The position numbers were made by a program, and so were the translations under genes. A stretch of 64,000 nucleotides of DNA from Schmidtea polychroa (taxonomy: Eukaryota): assembly GCA_044892525.1 (NCBI GenBank), contig CM097885.1, forward strand, positions 237,772,001-237,836,000. Direction: 5' to 3'. The notes under the pieces were generated by a model. That model saw nothing but the letters and a program-made list of their open reading frames with translations. It was not told the DNA's origin and searched no databases. Shown here piece by piece: positions 37,771 through 48,390 of the stretch; the stretch's first letter is position 1; every line of letters starts with the position of its first letter.

Positions 37771-38640
37771 ATGGTATATGAAGAAAGATTAGCACTTTTA
37801 AAAAAATTACAATCAGAACAAGATAAATATAATAAAAAAGATACAACCCAACATGCTGAATCTATAATATTAAATGAGGTAATCCAACAACAACAGGGGC
37901 CAACAATTAAAGCTATAAAAGGATTAAATGAGCAAGCAAAATTTAAAGAGTTAGAAGATGGAGGAAGTCCCCATGAACAAAAAATAAAAAAACTAGAGTG
38001 GAAGGAAGAATCCAGTGAAAGTCATTCTGAAAGAAATCAAAGAAAACGCAGAAGAATTTCTAATGCGGAAGAAGAAGAAGAAATGTTTTTAAAAACAAAA
38101 CCTCTTAAAGTTGATCCTAAAATTAGAGATGATTTACCTCCTTCAATTAGACCCACATTTAATACTAATACTGAAGGATATCAAATAATAACAATTAATA
38201 AACAAAACTTTACTTTATATTCAAATTCAGAAAATAAATCACGTATTCATTCACAAAATGTTTATAATAATGAATATTTAGACTTTGAATTTACAGATGA
38301 TTTTTATAAATTACTTTGTGGATATTCTTCAGATGATCTTGAAGAAATTAAAAAATATTTAAATTTAATAAGATTAATAAGAGCTAGTTCTAAAGCAAAA
38401 TATATTCAAGATTTAAAGAATTATTTAAATAAAAATGAAAAGGGTTATGTTGTTACAGAGGGAGAGGGATTAATTAGTGAAGGAAATCCCATCAATCTTT
38501 TTATTGAATTAAGAAAACTATTAGCTGCAAGGAAAGCAGGACATAATAATTTAGATTCTGATATTTTAAAGATTTCTAAAGATTTGTTAAAACAAGGAAT
38601 AATTTCAAAAGATAAATTTAATAAGTATACGAAGTTATAA
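37771..38640 (+). CDS. Conserved Polinton protein of unknown function
   Basis: 289-aa ORF with AAAATG start; C-terminal LRKLLAARKAGHNN...LLKQGII motif recalled from Mavericks. Confidence 0.7.
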   Translation: MVYEERLALLKKLQSEQDKYNKKDTTQHAESIILNEVIQQQQGPTIKAIKGLNEQAKFKELEDGGSPHEQKIKKLEWKEESSESHSERNQRKRRRISNAEEEEEMFLKTKPLKVDPKIRDDLPPSIRPTFNTNTEGYQIITINKQNFTLYSNSENKSRIHSQNVYNNEYLDFEFTDDFYKLLCGYSSDDLEEIKKYLNLIRLIRASSKAKYIQDLKNYLNKNEKGYVVTEGEGLISEGNPINLFIELRKLLAARKAGHNNLDSDILKISKDLLKQGIISKDKFNKYTKL

Positions 38641-38662
38641 ATACGAAGTTATAAAATACAAA

Positions 38663-39118
38663 ATGACTTGTCCTTCAATATTAGATTTTTTAAAAACATT
38701 TGGAATAAATGCAAAAACAAATTTTGATTTAAAAGATTATGCAAATTATTTAAATTTAAAAATTAAAATATTAATGAATGATGAATTATCAAGTCTGGAG
38801 AGTCCCCTGAATATAATAATCAATTATCAAAATTCAAATGAAAAAGGATCTCATTGGGTTTGTATATATAAGAAATCTATCTACTTTGATTCTTTTGGGA
38901 TTAAACCTACTAAAGAAGTTGAAGATTATCTCTTGAGGGGTTCTCCGATTGATTCCCCAAATGGTTATACTTTTAACTCTTTACAAGTTCAACCTTTGAA
39001 TACTAAAATATGTGGTATTTTAAGTTTATATGTTTTGTATAGATTGAATATGGGGCATACGCAGGATTTTGAATCTATAATTCAAGAAATTTATAATGAT
39101 CTAGAATCTCTACTATAA
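38663..39118 (+). CDS. Adenain-like cysteine protease
   Basis: GSHWV, YFDSFG, Q...CG catalytic motifs. Confidence 0.93.
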   Translation: MTCPSILDFLKTFGINAKTNFDLKDYANYLNLKIKILMNDELSSLESPLNIIINYQNSNEKGSHWVCIYKKSIYFDSFGIKPTKEVEDYLLRGSPIDSPNGYTFNSLQVQPLNTKICGILSLYVLYRLNMGHTQDFESIIQEIYNDLESLL

Positions 39119-39139
39119 GGATTTTTACTATAAGGATTT

Positions 39140-39931
39140 TTGCTATATGAATTTAGTACTAAAGAAATGGAGCTTCACAACCCTCCGGAAGATAATTTTA
39201 AAAAAATGGTAAACATAATGTCAGATAAATATTCAAGAACTTTATCTATAAATTCAAAAGAATCAGAGTTTACTATAAACTTTCAAGATTCAATTAAATT
39301 AGATCAAAATTTAAATTATGAATTGGGGCTATTATGGTTTTGTGCTTATAATACTATTTTTAATATAACTAAAGATAATAATAAATTTACTATTCAAACT
39401 CGTGATGGGCATAAACCAGAAATTATAACAATAGAACCTGGGGCATATGAGATAAAAGATTTAAATGATATACTTTCTAAAAAAACAAATGAAGGTATTA
39501 AAATTAAAATGGATATACCAACTTCAAAATGTGTAATGACTTTGAAGAATATAAAAATTAGTTTTTTAGATAATTGTTTCTTTCACACAGTTTTAGGATT
39601 TAAACCTATGGATATAACAATAAAAGAAGATAAAATAATAACATCAGAACATATTATAAAAATAATAAATACAAACACAATAAATATTCATTGCGATTGT
39701 ATAACAGGTTCTTATAATAATGGTAAACAAACAAATGTTTTATATTCCTTTCCCTCAAACACAGTTCCTATGGGATATAAAATAGTTGAAAGAATGAATC
39801 CTCCAAATTATTTACCTTTATGTAGAAAATATATAATGGATATTAATTTTAAAATTCTTAATCAAGAAGGAGAATTGATTGATTTTAATGGAGAAGAGAT
39901 TTCAATGTATTTACATTTGAAACAGGTTTAG
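39140..39931 (+). CDS. Minor capsid (penton) protein; real start probably 39206 or 39218
   Basis: FNITKDNNKF, IEPGAYEI, LGF, IHCDCI.GSY.NG, LIDFNGE motifs; follows the protease. Confidence 0.82.
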   Translation: MLYEFSTKEMELHNPPEDNFKKMVNIMSDKYSRTLSINSKESEFTINFQDSIKLDQNLNYELGLLWFCAYNTIFNITKDNNKFTIQTRDGHKPEIITIEPGAYEIKDLNDILSKKTNEGIKIKMDIPTSKCVMTLKNIKISFLDNCFFHTVLGFKPMDITIKEDKIITSEHIIKIINTNTINIHCDCITGSYNNGKQTNVLYSFPSNTVPMGYKIVERMNPPNYLPLCRKYIMDINFKILNQEGELIDFNGEEISMYLHLKQV

Positions 39932-39971
39932 TTCCTCTCAGGGGACTCCGTCCATTTTAAATTATTAATAA

Positions 39972-40982
39972 ATGAGTTCTTATATTCCATGTAATAGAGG
40001 TGGTGGAACAATAAAAACAGGGTTTAATACAGAAGAAATATTAACTTTAACAGAAAATAAATATATTAATGAAAGAGGTGATTCAATGAAGGGTGATTTA
40101 ATTTTAAATGGACACAAGATAAAAGAATTATCTTTTCCAACTGATGAAGCTGATGCAGTTAATAAGAAATATGTAGATGGTGTTAAAAAATATACTGATT
40201 TAACAACAACAAGAATTGAAAGTTCATTAACAACAAAAATTGATTCAATGGAATCAAAGCTTAATAATATCGAACAACGATTTAATGATAAATTTGACAA
40301 GTTACAAAGTCTGTTAACTGAACAAGTTGTAAAGTTAAATACTGCTATATTAAATTCTAAAGATAAACAAATTATGAATACTAAATTTAATGCAATATAT
40401 AATATAATAAATGAGATGATTACATCATTTAATAAAAGAATTTCAAATTTAGAGTCTCATGGAACACACATTAACACCACACATAGTATTAGAAAAAGAG
40501 CTGCTGAATTAGAACAGAATAAAACATTATTACCCCATACATATAAACATTTTATAGAACCAAGTTTAATAACAACAAACAGTAAAGAATGGGGTGTTTT
40601 TATGGTTGTAAAAATTATTGATCCTTATTTCTTTTTGTTTGATGATGATAATGAAAGAATGAAATGGTTTGTGAAATGTGATTATAATAGTAAGCTTGAA
40701 AAGGGTGATGTTATAATGACTAGTTATGATTTACCACACGGAGATTGGTATGTTAATACTCATTCACATGGACTACATAAAGTTAAAAGTAAGAATATTC
40801 ATTTTTCTAGTTCACTTGTACAATATATAGATTTAATATTTTATGAAAAAAAGGTTGATGTTGATGAAGTTCGTAAAGCATTGAGAGAATTGTATAAAGA
40901 TATCCTCTCAACAAGAGTTTCTTTTGATATCCGAGTATTGGTGCCAGATGGTGCTCAGAAGAATAAAGTCTTATTTTTTTAA
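39972..40982 (+). CDS. Fibre-like protein
   Basis: GDSMKGDLILNGHKIKEL..PT...DAVNKKYVD fibre-type motif, long coiled coil, globular C-terminal part. Confidence 0.6.
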   Translation: MSSYIPCNRGGGTIKTGFNTEEILTLTENKYINERGDSMKGDLILNGHKIKELSFPTDEADAVNKKYVDGVKKYTDLTTTRIESSLTTKIDSMESKLNNIEQRFNDKFDKLQSLLTEQVVKLNTAILNSKDKQIMNTKFNAIYNIINEMITSFNKRISNLESHGTHINTTHSIRKRAAELEQNKTLLPHTYKHFIEPSLITTNSKEWGVFMVVKIIDPYFFLFDDDNERMKWFVKCDYNSKLEKGDVIMTSYDLPHGDWYVNTHSHGLHKVKSKNIHFSSSLVQYIDLIFYEKKVDVDEVRKALRELYKDILSTRVSFDIRVLVPDGAQKNKVLFF

Positions 40983-40990
40983 TTATTAAA

Positions 40991-41602
40991 ATGGAAGAAG
41001 TAAGAGAAGAAAAAATTTACCCAGAATTAAGATCATCAGGATATTATTCCGAAGGTCACAAAGGTTCCAAGGCCTCAGCTCCCACAGAACTTGAAATTAT
41101 GAGAGTAAAAGAATTTAAATCAGAAACCTTACATTTACAAGATTTATTAAAGCATTATAAAAAAATTAAAAATAGATGGAATAAAGGGAATACAGTTTTA
41201 AAAGTTATAGGTTATTCTTTAGGATTTGCATCTGCAATATTAACAGTTATTTTACCCATAACTTTACCAGTTTTAACACTTGCGCCAGTAATACTTGGAA
41301 GTATTTCTGTAGCTGATGGTTTCTTAACTGAAATAGTTTCATTATCTTATACTTCTAAAAAGAAAAGTTTATATAGAGAAGTTTGTTTATCAATAGAATT
41401 AGGAATCTCTAAATTATTTTTATTTCAATTAAAAGCTTTGGAAGATGGAATCCTGACAGACGAAGAAATAATGAAATCAAATCAAATAATACAAGATATA
41501 AAGAATGAGGTTATAAGATTAAAAAGGGAGGGCATGGTGGCTAATGTTATAAGTAATAAAAAAACATCTCGAGAAAAATGGTTAAAGAATTCTTACTTAT
41601 AA
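40991..41602 (+). CDS. Putative membrane protein
   Basis: IYPEL near the N-terminus; long hydrophobic stretch VIGYSLGFASAILTVILPITLPVLTLAPVILGSISV. Confidence 0.65.
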   Translation: MEEVREEKIYPELRSSGYYSEGHKGSKASAPTELEIMRVKEFKSETLHLQDLLKHYKKIKNRWNKGNTVLKVIGYSLGFASAILTVILPITLPVLTLAPVILGSISVADGFLTEIVSLSYTSKKKSLYREVCLSIELGISKLFLFQLKALEDGILTDEEIMKSNQIIQDIKNEVIRLKREGMVANVISNKKTSREKWLKNSYL

Positions 41603-41688
41603 AATGGGTGTATTTTTAAAAAAGTAGATCAGGTTGCTATAGTTGCTTAAATTAATTGTCGACATTTTATTATTAAATATCGTTGGTT

Positions 41689-42243
41689 TCAGTTATGGTT
41701 GAAAGCCAACCTATGAATCATTAATTTATGATCTTTAAATTCTTTATCACTTAGACCTTTTATATATTCAGGATCAGTATTAAAATATTTAAGTTCTAAA
41801 CATATAGGATTAAAAACTTGAGAATATAAAGGTTTCTCGATTTCTCTCTCGGGATAAATAATTTCAACATTATAAATATCAAGATCAGTAATCTTTGTAT
41901 CATATAACTTATTCAACTTTTCTAGATTTTTTATTATAGGGATTAAATTATTTCCAATAGGTAGAGTTGTCTTTAAATCACTTAGTATGAATCTCTTATC
42001 ATCATAATTTGATAATGATACTTTTTGAGATTCTATCAAGTGAATATCATGGTTTTCACTTTTAAGTTGATGTATTTCATCAATTTTATCTTTATGATTT
42101 GGATTCAATGTATCTATATAATCTTGATGAGAAAGATTCTTTGCAACCACTCTCTGTATTCCTTTACATCTGTTATCCTTTAAATTAGTAATATTTTTTA
42201 TAATTTCAAAAATGTTATTTTCTTGATTTTTAGTTTCCATCAT
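41689..42243 (-). CDS. Standalone paralog of the pPolB C-terminal region
   Basis: Own ATG; KGI...NYDDKRFILSDLKTTLPIGN...ELKYFNTDPEYI is colinear with the end of pPolB at a 600-bp offset. Confidence 0.85.
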   Translation of the reverse strand: MMETKNQENNIFEIIKNITNLKDNRCKGIQRVVAKNLSHQDYIDTLNPNHKDKIDEIHQLKSENHDIHLIESQKVSLSNYDDKRFILSDLKTTLPIGNNLIPIIKNLEKLNKLYDTKITDLDIYNVEIIYPEREIEKPLYSQVFNPICLELKYFNTDPEYIKGLSDKEFKDHKLMIHRLAFNHN

Positions 42244-42267
42244 TTTATAGTGTTAAAATTCTAATTC

Positions 42268-45200
42268 TTAGACCAGTCGTAATTGATTTATAATTATTTC
42301 TGCAGTAATGCTTTTTAACATTAATTTATGTGATTTAAAGTCTTCTGGTGTTAGTCCTTGGATATATTCAGGATCAGTATTAAAATATTTAAGTTCTATA
42401 GGTTTTATATTTTGAACTTGATTATATAAAGGTTTAGGAATTAATATTTCAGGATATTGGATTTCTACTTTAGCAAGTTGAAGGTCTGTAATCTCTAGGT
42501 TATAAATTTCATTTATTTTATCAAGATTTTTTATTATAGGGATTAAATCATTTCCAATAGGTAATGTTGTCTTCAAGTCAGAAAGTATAAATCTTTTATC
42601 ATCATAATTTGTTATAGCAATCTTGTTACACTCTTCAAGATATATATTATGTTTCTCTGATTTAAGATGATGGGTTTTAGCAATTTTATTTTTATAATTT
42701 ATATTTAATGAATCTTTATACTCTTGATGTGTGAAGGTTTTTGACACTGATTTTTGAATTCCTTTACTTTTATTTTCTTTATAGCTTTTCGGGTTTTCAG
42801 GGAATGAAGGATATTCATATGTGTGATCTATTTCAACAGATCCTTCTCCCTCCCCTATTATAAATTTTATTGTATGCTCTTTCATAATTGGTTTGTCTTT
42901 CATTTCAAGAGAATATTGTTTAGGTCTAATAAACACTCCTCCACTTATTGGAGTATTTGGTTTTTCATCTTTAAAAGTAAATAATTCTCCAGAGTTGTTT
43001 ATTAATTTATTTAAGGTTTCGTTTTCACTTATTTCCTTTTTTAAATCTTTACTATGACCTTTTAAAAACATACTATCAGTGTCCATAGCATGCATGGATA
43101 TTCGATCTCCAAAATGTGGTACTAGAACATCATAGTAGGCTTCATACATTTGAAGCTTTGAAAGTTCTAAAATTGAAAACCCTATAAAGATTGGTTTATT
43201 ATAAGTTTTTACAGAGTTTTTAATCTCTATGGCTATAAGGTTACTAGAGAATATCTCGGCATTTTTAAATGTGGGCTTTCCAATTATCCGGTTGTACCTA
43301 TTAAGGTCTTTGGATGTATTGGTCAAAAGCTCTACACGTGTGTACTTGTCTATATTCTCCATGGTCTTTCCAAAGACCGCATTGTTCAGGAGTTTGTAAA
43401 TCATATCAAGAAATGCATTTCCAGCTCTCTTTGCTGCATTTCTTTTCAAAATATTTCCCTCTATGAATTTTTTCATAAAAGGGGCTTGTCGAAATTTAAT
43501 AATGGAATGTACTTTTTTTAAAACCATTCCATGGGAGAGATAAAACTGAAGGAGTCTATAATGACAAAGGTAATCAGTTTTATCGGTCTGATCGCATAAA
43601 AGTTTTATACAGGGCGATCTATCCTGAGCCATCTGCCAGTCTGAAAGTTCTTCAGTCGAGATCTTTCTTCTTACAGGAGCAAATGGAAAGAATCTTGTCC
43701 TGGATTTTATTTCATTGGGATATTCAAGATCGCATTCTATGACATATCCAAATTGAGAATCTTTTGGTGTTTTTAGAATTTCTTGTATTAATTCCTCAGT
43801 GGGCTCTTCCCAGGTGAACTTGCCAATTGGAAGGTATTGAGTCATTACTCCCGCATATAAAGCTGTTGCATCTATATACATTATTTCAGAAGGATTAGAA
43901 AGACCTTCCATTATTTCCTTACGATCTTCTGGGTTTGTTATTTCTACATATAGAGCATCAGGATCTTTGAAAAATTTAGGATAAAGAGTTGTAAAATTAT
44001 TAGCATTTATTTCTCTATTCCCTTGTACTGAAGAAATACCTCCTCTAATATTATGTTTATATACATTAAACATATCAAGCTCAACTAATAATTCAATAGT
44101 TTTATTTCTTACTGCTACATCTTCATCAGTCCATATGGTATATAATAATATATCCCAAGCTAGAGAGGGAGCGGTTATATAATTATAAGGTTTTAATTCA
44201 AAAGCTTTTGAAAATGTCTCGAAGCAATCAGCTAAGATATAAACATCCAAGGAAAGATACATGTCAGTATATTCTCCAAGGTTTCTACAGTTGAATAGAT
44301 TCCACATTTTAACTGCACGGGAATATTCCTGATCAGAAATCCCTGATTGTGTTAAAACAGAAAAGAAATCTTCTTGGGGTGGGAGTAATTCATTATATTT
44401 TTCAAAGGAGTCTATATAATCATATGGATAGATTCCTTTTGCTAGACAGGTATTATATTCCTCTAATGGAATATTGTTTTTTAATAACACATGTTCTTTT
44501 GTATATTTAAAATCCTCAGGGTTCATAGTTTTAGCAATCCCATCCAAAGACATCCCTAAGAAATTTAACGAGTCCAAAAACTTAAAGCATCCATATTGAA
44601 TGCTTTTATATTTTTCTTTTGTAAGTCCAATAACCTTGAAAGAGTTTTTAGCATTTGCGGCCAGATGCTTAATGAATAGGTGAATATCATAGCCAAAAAG
44701 ATTGTGAAATATAAATGGTATGTGTGTTGGTTTTTTACAATTGAGATTACATTTTTTATGGGCTGCTCCTCTGTAATTATTTTCTCTTTTAAAATGATCA
44801 TGGTCTGCAACCTTTGGCTCCTCATCCTCAAACTCTTGTTTACACATCCAGCAGTGTGTTGCATTTTTATATTCTTCCTCTTGTTCTTCTGAAAAATTCA
44901 TAGGAAAGTTGGATTTTAATATTATATATAATTCATGTTCTAGATTATTTAAAGTTTTAACAAAATGATCTAGAGTCTCTTTGTCAGAAGTTCCTCTAAA
45001 TGAATATTCTCTAGATTCTACAAGTTCTGGATAATTACTTTTAAAAAACATTTTATAAGCAGAGGGTAATTGTTTTGTTAGTTTTACAGTATTAGTTTTT
45101 GTTCGTCTTAGTTTTACATTTATAGCTTCAAAATCACAATAAACCACTCCCAATGCTTCTAATAGATTGGAATAGTTTTTAAACCTCATATTAGCATTTT

Positions 45201-46647
45201 TCTTGTGTGGCATTTTTATTAAAGCAGGTTGATTCTTACAACAGAGTCTCTCATGTTTAATAGCAGCAAGTTTTGAACTTGAATGATATAAACATCTTTT
45301 ACAACATATGCCTCCACGAATGAGTGTGTTTCCTTTCATAAAACTTTGAAAATTCTTTATTAAGATATAATGAAGTTTTTTATCTAACATAGTGCCTCCG
45401 GACGCAGTGCTTTCTGCTTCTGGTTCTAATGAAATGCCTTCTTCTGCTTCTCTCCTCGGGTGAACGCTTTGAACCTCTTCACCATATTCTTCTCCATCAA
45501 AGTCTTCATCTGGTTTACCTTCTTCTAATATTAAAAGATCTACTTCTCTCTTTTCATCTGAGATTTCCATGTTAGAAATGTAAATAGGAATAATGTGTTT
45601 ATAATTTTTATTTTTTCTAGTTTTTGTAATTTTGGTTGGAATGAATTGATAAATATTAATTTTAAGATTATTTAATTTTTCAAATGCTGGAACATCTTCA
45701 ATTTTCATTGGGTGGGAAAAATCTTTTGGATAAATTAATTCAGATTCATATTCTTCATATTTTTGAACTCTCTGTGGGTTAGTTGCTTGAGGATGTAAGT
45801 GTGCAAGTATTGACCATTGAAAACATTTATTATCTTTATTCTGTACATTTATAACATGGTTGGAGGTGAATGGTGTGTGAATAAAAGATTTAGGATTTGG
45901 TGGTGCGCCTCTCCAGTATTCAATCTCTATATTTTGAAAAGAGTGGAATCTTAAATTAGATTCTCCTAGTTCTTGTTCCACCTGTTCTTGTTTTTCTTCC
46001 AATTCTTTAGCTATATCATTAACAAGTTTATTTCCTGCTTTTGTAGAAAATAAATATTTATATGAGGTTTCAATTTTTACATCTAGAGGCATTGTGATCG
46101 AATCATCTCCTCTCCAGTATTTTGCATTTCCTGTAAATTTAACTTTTATAACATTAAATCTTGATCTACCAAATTTTTTTATAGCATCATCCATTGATGA
46201 TATTATTTTTTTTTTATTTTCTCTTATATATTGCATGATTGATCTGGGTCCTCGTTTTACTTCTGCAATTACATCGGTGTGATTGAAGTCATCCCAATTA
46301 AACTCTAGTTTTTCAGCTTTTTCAGTCATTGAGTTTGAATCAGAATCTTTTGCTTCAAGACCACAATCTTCTATGTGTCTTAAGTAAAAAGATTTTATCC
46401 TCATCGTTTTTCCACATGCTGAACATTCGAATATTTCTCTGTTTTTAGGAACTCCAATACAATTTTTAAAATGCTTCTTATAACCTGAAAATAAATATCT
46501 ATCCTTACATTTAGTACAGATTTTGGAATTAGTGTCATCTAGTGTGTTAGCTTTTATTAAATGGTCTTTTGATTTTTTATGAGATGTTAAAGCAGTTTTA
46601 TTTTTAAAATTTTTTTCACAAATTTCACAATTGAAAATAGCTTCCAT
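42268..46647 (-). CDS. Protein-primed family B DNA polymerase with N-terminal zinc fingers and endonuclease VII-like insert
   Basis: Exonuclease motifs YCDFE, FHNLFGYD, LDV; polymerase motifs DATALY, KLLNNAVFGKT, DTDS; CWMC..DHDH..YRGAAHKKCN insert. Confidence 0.97.
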   Translation of the reverse strand: MEAIFNCEICEKNFKNKTALTSHKKSKDHLIKANTLDDTNSKICTKCKDRYLFSGYKKHFKNCIGVPKNREIFECSACGKTMRIKSFYLRHIEDCGLEAKDSDSNSMTEKAEKLEFNWDDFNHTDVIAEVKRGPRSIMQYIRENKKKIISSMDDAIKKFGRSRFNVIKVKFTGNAKYWRGDDSITMPLDVKIETSYKYLFSTKAGNKLVNDIAKELEEKQEQVEQELGESNLRFHSFQNIEIEYWRGAPPNPKSFIHTPFTSNHVINVQNKDNKCFQWSILAHLHPQATNPQRVQKYEEYESELIYPKDFSHPMKIEDVPAFEKLNNLKINIYQFIPTKITKTRKNKNYKHIIPIYISNMEISDEKREVDLLILEEGKPDEDFDGEEYGEEVQSVHPRREAEEGISLEPEAESTASGGTMLDKKLHYILIKNFQSFMKGNTLIRGGICCKRCLYHSSSKLAAIKHERLCCKNQPALIKMPHKKNANMRFKNYSNLLEALGVVYCDFEAINVKLRRTKTNTVKLTKQLPSAYKMFFKSNYPELVESREYSFRGTSDKETLDHFVKTLNNLEHELYIILKSNFPMNFSEEQEEEYKNATHCWMCKQEFEDEEPKVADHDHFKRENNYRGAAHKKCNLNCKKPTHIPFIFHNLFGYDIHLFIKHLAANAKNSFKVIGLTKEKYKSIQYGCFKFLDSLNFLGMSLDGIAKTMNPEDFKYTKEHVLLKNNIPLEEYNTCLAKGIYPYDYIDSFEKYNELLPPQEDFFSVLTQSGISDQEYSRAVKMWNLFNCRNLGEYTDMYLSLDVYILADCFETFSKAFELKPYNYITAPSLAWDILLYTIWTDEDVAVRNKTIELLVELDMFNVYKHNIRGGISSVQGNREINANNFTTLYPKFFKDPDALYVEITNPEDRKEIMEGLSNPSEIMYIDATALYAGVMTQYLPIGKFTWEEPTEELIQEILKTPKDSQFGYVIECDLEYPNEIKSRTRFFPFAPVRRKISTEELSDWQMAQDRSPCIKLLCDQTDKTDYLCHYRLLQFYLSHGMVLKKVHSIIKFRQAPFMKKFIEGNILKRNAAKRAGNAFLDMIYKLLNNAVFGKTMENIDKYTRVELLTNTSKDLNRYNRIIGKPTFKNAEIFSSNLIAIEIKNSVKTYNKPIFIGFSILELSKLQMYEAYYDVLVPHFGDRISMHAMDTDSMFLKGHSKDLKKEISENETLNKLINNSGELFTFKDEKPNTPISGGVFIRPKQYSLEMKDKPIMKEHTIKFIIGEGEGSVEIDHTYEYPSFPENPKSYKENKSKGIQKSVSKTFTHQEYKDSLNINYKNKIAKTHHLKSEKHNIYLEECNKIAITNYDDKRFILSDLKTTLPIGNDLIPIIKNLDKINEIYNLEITDLQLAKVEIQYPEILIPKPLYNQVQNIKPIELKYFNTDPEYIQGLTPEDFKSHKLMLKSITAEIIINQLRLV

Positions 46648-47053
46648 TTTTAAAAGAATCTTTTGGTTGGATACGATGTTTTGGTTTTGATATTAATTTT
46701 TATTTTTTTTAAATCTAAAAGTGATCAGGCGACCTAGATCATTATGAATTAGGTAATCTGATATTCTTATAACATTAAATCCTTATAACATTAAATCCTT
46801 AAGACCAAGTAGTGAGGAATCTATGCACCCCGTTACCTTTTCTCGGAATTACTAATCTATAAATACATCTATTCCGAACTTTTTTACTTTTAAGGGAAGA
46901 AATTAAGGGTTAATGGCAATAGGGGACAAAGTTTAAAAGTTAAAAAAAGTGAAGAATATGGGGTAAAAAAGCATATAAATGTGGAAAATATGGGTCAATA
47001 GCGCTGTTTTTTTTGAGGGTTGGGGTGCTGGGGTGCATAGATTCCTCACTACT
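46616..47053 (-). repeat. Right TIR (438 bp)
   Basis: Reverse complement of 31972-32409. Confidence 0.95.
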
Positions 47054-47987
47054 AATATCATAAAAGTCGATATATTTACTGATTCATAGTTAAGTTTTTT
47101 AATAAATACAATGTCAATGGAAAAGAAATCAGCGGTGAAATTTATAAAAAAAAGTTCTTCTAATAAAATATTATAGCCTATTTTGTGTGCGAGTTGGCGA
47201 TTTTATTTTTTTAACTTTTATTTTTTCGATTAACCTCATTTGAATTATATTTTCTTTATTTTCCTAAATTATTTGCTCATTATTTTTAATAAATTTTTAT
47301 TTCTATTCTAATTTTTTATTATTACCTTGCAGTTAAATTTGCTTAAATTAATTTATTAATTTTTTTATATTTATGTTTATTTCTTGTAATAATTCTTGCT
47401 TTTGTTATTAATTTAATTTTTACTTTTATTTTTATAATTTTGGTGTTTTCTTTTGCTCATTTTACTTTGTTTAATTGATGTTCTTGCATGTTTCTTTTTA
47501 ATTGTACTTAGTGCTATATCTACATGTAAAGTAAAAAATGCGAGTTAATGGCGATAAAAGAAAGAAGGAATGGAGAAATATCATACAATGGATTAGGAGC
47601 CAAAATCATAACGAAAATGATCAGAATATTTTATGAAAATCGCAAAATACATCATCAAATGAGCGCATTGAGTATTTATTGTATTTTTCTGTTGGTTTGC
47701 GCACACAGAAGCGAGGCAAGGTAATTTTGATTTTTATGTTTTCAATTAGTGGATTTATATTGGTCTAAAGGAATTCTTGTTTTAAAAGGAGTTTCACGGA
47801 TTTTTTAAGAAAAAGAATTTTTTGAAGTTTCGTATATTCATTTTTTATCATGAAATGATTTAACTCAAAGAATGGATTCCTTAGCTTAACAATGATAGTA
47901 GGTTTAAAGATATCTTTGTTCATTTTAAATCTATCGCATCCCGCAATACAATTTCAATAACTAATCGAGAAGTTCTTTTCAATATTA

Positions 47988-48292
47988 CCAAAGCTGACAG
48001 AAGATCCATGACTCAAATTATGTTGGAGACATTTAATGCACCAATGAAAGTTTTGATAATAATGATAGAGGAAATTTTGAGTATGAAAATTAAAATGTTG
48101 GCGATTATGACAATGAAAATGTTCACGGGAATAACAGTAATGTATGTTTCAATTCAAGCAGTTCTTTCTTTGTATGCTTCAGGTCGTTTCTCGGTTATTG
48201 TTCCGAACTCTAGTGATCCTATGTCTCATACTATGGCAATTTATGAAAACTTATCAAGTGGTTCGACAATATATCCTGATGTTGCTATTTGA
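47988..48292 (+). pseudogene. Degenerate actin fragment
   Basis: PKA.., [36 protein letters not shown], then LSSGSTIYP (actin LSGGTTMYP); one insertion and one large deletion. Confidence 0.88.
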
Positions 48293-48390
48293 ATGCACAT
48301 CTCAACTCTATTTCAAATTTGTATAAAAATTAACAAAAAATTAAAAAAAAGACCTAATCAATATTTCTTAATCAAATACCATTCACAGTC

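Larger units (their letters stand above)
31972..47053. mobile_element. Polinton/Maverick (adintovirus-like endogenous virus), 15082 bp
   Basis: AGTAGT...ACTACT ends; 438-bp TIRs; perfect 6-bp TSD AATATC; full core gene set. Confidence 0.98.

Noticed and set aside
40074..40082. RGD integrin-binding motif in the fibre-like ORF
   Set aside because: Falls within the structural GDxMxG fibre motif; likely coincidental.
33600..46655. Shared AAAATG at Polinton starts as a poxvirus-like late promoter
   Set aside because: Equally explained by an A-rich translation-start context in an AT-rich genome.
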